From assembly GCA_022813965.1 (NCBI GenBank), contig JALDZS010000011.1, positions 124,001 through 188,000 on the forward strand: DNA of 64,000 nucleotides, in the 5' to 3' direction. Under the pieces are notes generated by a model that was not told where the DNA came from, did not search any database, and saw only the letters and a program-made list of their open reading frames with translations. This stretch comes from Toensbergia leucococca (Eukaryota). Both the position numbers and the translations under genes were made by a program. Every line of letters starts with the position of its first letter. The first letter of the stretch is position 1. Positions 59,615 through 64,000 of this stretch are shown one piece after another.

Positions 59615-60728
59615 ATGTCGACAACGCTCAAAGACTTCGAGGCCGTTTTCCCTCATCTTGTCGAAGACCTGATCGAGCACTCCAAACAATATGGCCTCCC
59701 CGCCAATGCCCTGAAGTGGTACCAAGACGTATGTCTACCTGCATCTCGGCATTCCTAATTCAGCGAATACAAGTCCTTACCATTAGCCTAACACCCCCTT
59801 CTAGTCTCTAAACCACAATACTGTAGGTGGTAAATGCAATCGAGGCATGTCCGTCGTAGATACCACCTCCCTCCTTCTTTCCCGCCCCCTCAATCCTCAA
59901 GAATACCACCTCAGCGCTACCCTCGGTTGGCTCACCGAGCTCCTCCAAGCCTTCTTTCTTGTATCTGACGACATAATGGACTCCTCCCATACCCGCCGCG
60001 GCTCACCCTGCTGGTTTCGCCTCCCCCCCGTTGGCATGATCGCCATCAACGACGCCTTCATGCTTGAATCAAGCATATATATTCTCTTGAAGAAGCATTT
60101 CCGTAGTCACCCAGCTTACGCCGACTTTATCGACCTTTTCCACACCATCTCCTTCCAAACCGAATTGGGCCAGCTCTGCGACCTTCTCACCGCCCCTGAA
60201 GACTCTGTCAATCTCGATAATTTCTCCCCCGAAAAACACATGTTCATTGTCGTCTATAAGACAGCCTACTATAGCTTCTATCTTCCCGTGGCTCTTTCCT
60301 TGTATTATGTTCAGCTTGCTACCCCCAAGAACCTCAAACAAGCCCACGACATCCTCATCCCACTAGGCGAATACTTTCAAGTCCAGGACGATTATCTCGA
60401 CGCATACGGCGCCCCAGAAACCATAGGCAAGATTGGCACCGACATTCAGGACAACAAATGCTCATGGGTCATCAATCAAGCTCTGAAGCGTGCAAGCCCG
60501 GAGCAGCGACGCGTGCTTGACGATTGCTATGGGAGAAAGGACGAAGCGAAGGAAGCCATGGTGAAAAAGGTGTACGAGGAATTGAAATTAAACGGTGCGT
60601 ATCAGGAATACGAAGAGAAAAGGGTAGGTGAAATTAGGCACTTGATCCACGCCGTGGATGAATCCGAGGGTCTAAAGAAGGAAGTATTTGGGAGCTTTTT
60701 ACAAAAGATCTACAAACGGAGCAAGTAG
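59615..60728 (+). CDS. ERG20: Farnesyl diphosphate synthase
   Basis: GGKCNRG, first aspartate-rich motif [27 protein letters not shown], second motif [23 protein letters not shown] and C-terminal KIYKRSK. One intron, about 59729-59804. Confidence 0.96.
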
Positions 60729-61152
60729 CCTCAGACGCGCAAATGCAGATGCGAGAGATACCCGTATGGCACTTCAGAAGAGACCAAATGCTGTGCACAG
60801 ATCTGTCATAACACTTGCACGCCATCTCGTACACTGTAACTCAAGTAGTAACGTTCAGAGAAGAAAAACAGTGCTTCTTGCATGCTTTGTACATGAAGGT
60901 AATACCAACCTCAAATTCCAGTCAAAATGCCTCCCATGAAAACCATGTGCCGCTGAACTGCAAGCTCAATTTTAGACACAGAAACTCACTGTACAATCAC
61001 AAAGCTTCAACCAAAGCATCTCCCCCAATATACAACAGGGGCAGTGTTCAAGGTGCACACGATCTCGTGCAGCCCATCCAACCCCTTTTCTTCATCTTTC
61101 CCCACCTCTTACCGTCTCACTGTGTTCCTATGGCAATGCTTGCTCGTCAATT

Positions 61153-63581
61153 TCAGGAGCCATTCAACAAAGTTGCTTCGACAGGGGAATTGGGTCCGTA
61201 AGGCCGTTTCGGTGTCTTGAGAGTTAATGGAAACGCGTAATCTTCGGGATCTTCCTCCTCGCTATTGAAGTAGTCAGGGTCAGTCTATGTACCTGACAAT
61301 CAAGCTTTTTCAGGGGGTGGACCCACGGCAGTTTCCATGCAATATAATCCTCTGTGCTAAGACCCTCCCGTCCTTCTTGCAGAGAAGCAAAGTCACCCGG
61401 AGTCATCATGCCAGACCGATCTTTTGGAGATCCAGGAGCCGACAAAGGCCGCGTGAGCTTGGGCTCAACAGCGTCGAAAATACCAGCCTCGTCATAGTCA
61501 TCATCGAACGACGCCGGGTATGCTATGAATTTATAAGTGGGACTGTGATAGAAGCATGAAATAAACATTGAGCTTACCTCTTCGGAGAGCCAATTGTCGG
61601 GCTTTGACATATTCCATACCCATCCTCTTCCAGTCCAATAAATCACTCAATCGCTCGGTGCGATTTCTCTGATTTATTCGTTGCCGACGGCTCTTAGCTG
61701 CAAAGTCAAACATGAAGCTAGTTAATTGATTGACAGAATCGTCAACGCCCTTCATTCGCCGGTCCACTATATATATGCCGTAGTCCGATGCGTTTTCGAT
61801 CAACTCTTCCATGTAGCAACCGAAGCCAGAAAGATTAGTCGTAATACTTGGGACTCCCATTACAGTACACTCTGCAGGAGTATATCCCCAAGGCTCGTAG
61901 TAGGAGGAGAAGACGCCCAAGTGTGTACCTCGCACAAAGTCGTCGTAGTCAAGGGAAAGTACAGGGTTCGCAGAATTGAGAAATTCAGGATGAAAGACGA
62001 TCTTGACACGGTCGGAAGGATGATTGAATAATTGTACTCGGCGAATCTGATTTAGGATAGGATCCTCAGAGTCATTGGCCATGTTGTGTGTGACGACTGG
62101 AGGAAGAGCATTGCGCTTCATCCCAAACAACCGCCGCCGAAGCATGATTCGATCTTGGCTGCTGAGGAGGTCTTTGTGCTCTGGCACTTCGTCTCCATCG
62201 TGCCATTGTAGACAACGCTCGAATAAGCGTTTTCCCACCGAGGCTTCAATGACATCAACCGTGTCACGAAGTGATTTGATGACGGCCTGTCCTTTAAGTG
62301 CCTCCACGGTAAGGGATGATGTTTGAGCTGGCATGATGATAAATGCAACGACAGTCATCTTGGACCCTGATGATTTCAAGCGATGATTTAAACGGGCCAG
62401 AGACTCAATGAACATATCCACACCTTTATTCCTATATTCATACCGTCCAGCTGTGAAAAAATACAGCGTATTCTCAGGCTCGAAGTCATTGTGGCCGTAA
62501 AAATGGCCCCGCACGAAGTCATGGATCTTTTCCTTGGATTGCTGATGAAGATTTTGGAATTCGTGCATAGCAGAGAATTTCTTCACATTGAGACCATTTG
62601 GCAAGACGCCGTCAGGCTTTCGCTTAAGCAGATGCTCACTTTCGTAGGCAGTGATGTGAGAGACAGTAGTGAATACATCTGTTGCATGAGTTGCTGCACG
62701 TTCGATACAGTAGCGATGGTAGATGCCACGTTTGCCAGCCTCAGCATCGACGTCGAAGTACTGGAGATTATTGTAGAAGTCAACGGACCCGGCGCAAAGG
62801 TACCTTCCTAAGAGTGTGGCATGCGTCGTGAAGATGGTCGTCACATCTATTCTCCGCTTCTTGGTCAAGGGAAGGGCGACGCCGGCTAGCCATTCGTGAA
62901 AATGGGCAATGATTGCTTTGTTCTTTTCGTGAGAAACGAACTATAATATTGTTAGCTCAAATCGCCATTCCAAGACTTGAAGCTCATACCTCGCCGAGGA
63001 ACCAAGCAACAAGATAACCGAAAACCACAGCTTCATTCGTCTCGTCATCTCCAGGAGGTACAGGGATACCTGCAGTATTCCACAAATCTGCCTTCCACTC
63101 ATCCAGCCAGCGGTAGCCAGATTTGGTGTCGATGAGAAGAACACGTGGGGCGCCTTCAATCAGCCATCTGCCATAGACCATGCCAATCCCTCGATCTTGC
63201 ATGTTCGATATTGATTCGGCAAGTTCTGGGTTCGTGGGGGTTAAAGGTTCCACCTCGACGGCGGCCTATAGAACGTGAGCATTATCGTCAAAGAAAATAA
63301 AAGGATTCCCTTACTGAAGCTCGATTAAGAGGGCCGATGAGAGTATATCGATCGCCATATTCGGCAGTTGTAACAGGGGCTTTTGATTTGATGACCGAAT
63401 AGATTCCTCCCACTGCAATGGTGTCAACAATAACGACAGTGGGGGATGCAGGTGACTTATTACCTCGATTAGCTACTTCTGTGGAGATCTCAAACAGAAC
63501 GTGGTTCTTGATATCCCGCTTCGATGAGTCGGCATCCTCCATCGTCCCATTCGTATGAGAGCCAGCGATTTCGGACGCCAT
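61153..63581 (-). CDS. GSY1: Glycogen synthase (GT3)
   Basis: [69 protein letters not shown] and the phospho-tail [13 protein letters not shown]. Six exons; the last ends ..EATLLNGS* at 61153. Confidence 0.96.
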
Positions 63582-64000
63582 TAGGATTGAGCAGACTCAA
63601 TTGGGAGACGATAAAGAAAGCAACGTTGAATGACAATAAAACAATAGGGAAAATGTTGACCTAGAAGTTACAGATTAGCTGACAGCAATACTTCTAGTGA
63701 ATGGTTAAGCATGAAGAGACGAACGCCTCGACCTCAATTGAGACGTGCCTTTGACAATTAAATGCAGCAAGCTAGCAACGTCTTGGCGGAACAGGAAGCC
63801 AAAGGAAAGAGGAGCTTGAAGAAGAGAAGGAGAGGCCTACAATAATAGGCAGAGAGGGAAGAGACGTTGGGTTGCGGAGTTGACAAGGATGTTGGCTTTT
63901 CGCGACTAGGCCGTGTAGCTCACCCAACTTTCAGCAGCAGCAGCTTTGCCTTGTGTTCAGGATTGCACACGGGCAGTGTCACGTTTCAGCCTCTGTTGGC

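Noticed and set aside
59615..60728. Terpenoid biosynthetic gene cluster around the prenyltransferase
   Set aside because: This is a typical housekeeping FPPS flanked by CDC23 and glycogen synthase, with no cyclase, P450 or tailoring genes.
847..63159. Numerous 60-220 aa antisense or alternate-frame ORFs in the ORF track (e.g. 18988-19644, 21279-21839, 23521-23940)
   Set aside because: They are shadows of real genes on the other strand or frame, mostly with TTG/GTG starts and no independent motifs.

Overview
This is eukaryotic, intron-rich DNA from a filamentous ascomycete (Pezizomycotina; finer placement cannot be established from the sequence). It is a gene-dense core region with about 22 intact protein-coding genes. 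They are: a 3'-truncated orphan gene with an FHA-like segment, a bZIP factor, the nitrate regulator NirA/NIT-4, tubulin cofactor D, a Sid1-type STE20 kinase, a DUF4048-like protein, TIM22, a heme-less sulfite-oxidase-family enzyme, a membrane protein with a GRAM/PH-like tail, an F-box protein, an Nrp1-type RNA-binding protein, a DHA1 MFS transporter, an RA-PH protein, an RmlD/MAT2B-like reductase, condensin YCG1, cysteine synthase cysB, a TRK potassium transporter, MCM5, VPS54, CDC23, ERG20 and glycogen synthase. The window also holds one dispersed, divergent 5S rRNA gene (12568-12687) and a decayed GH16 glucanase pseudogene (about 26071-27142). I found no transposon, secondary-metabolite cluster or clearly new multi-gene system. 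The best leads are non-coding: a recurrent ACGGAGTA motif in divergent promoters, a 17-bp inverted repeat upstream of nirA, the variant 5S gene, frequent AAG splice acceptors and an in-frame structured intron in NRP1. Exon boundaries were read by eye from GT..branch..AG signals and protein continuity. Homology calls come from recall of the families, not from database searches.
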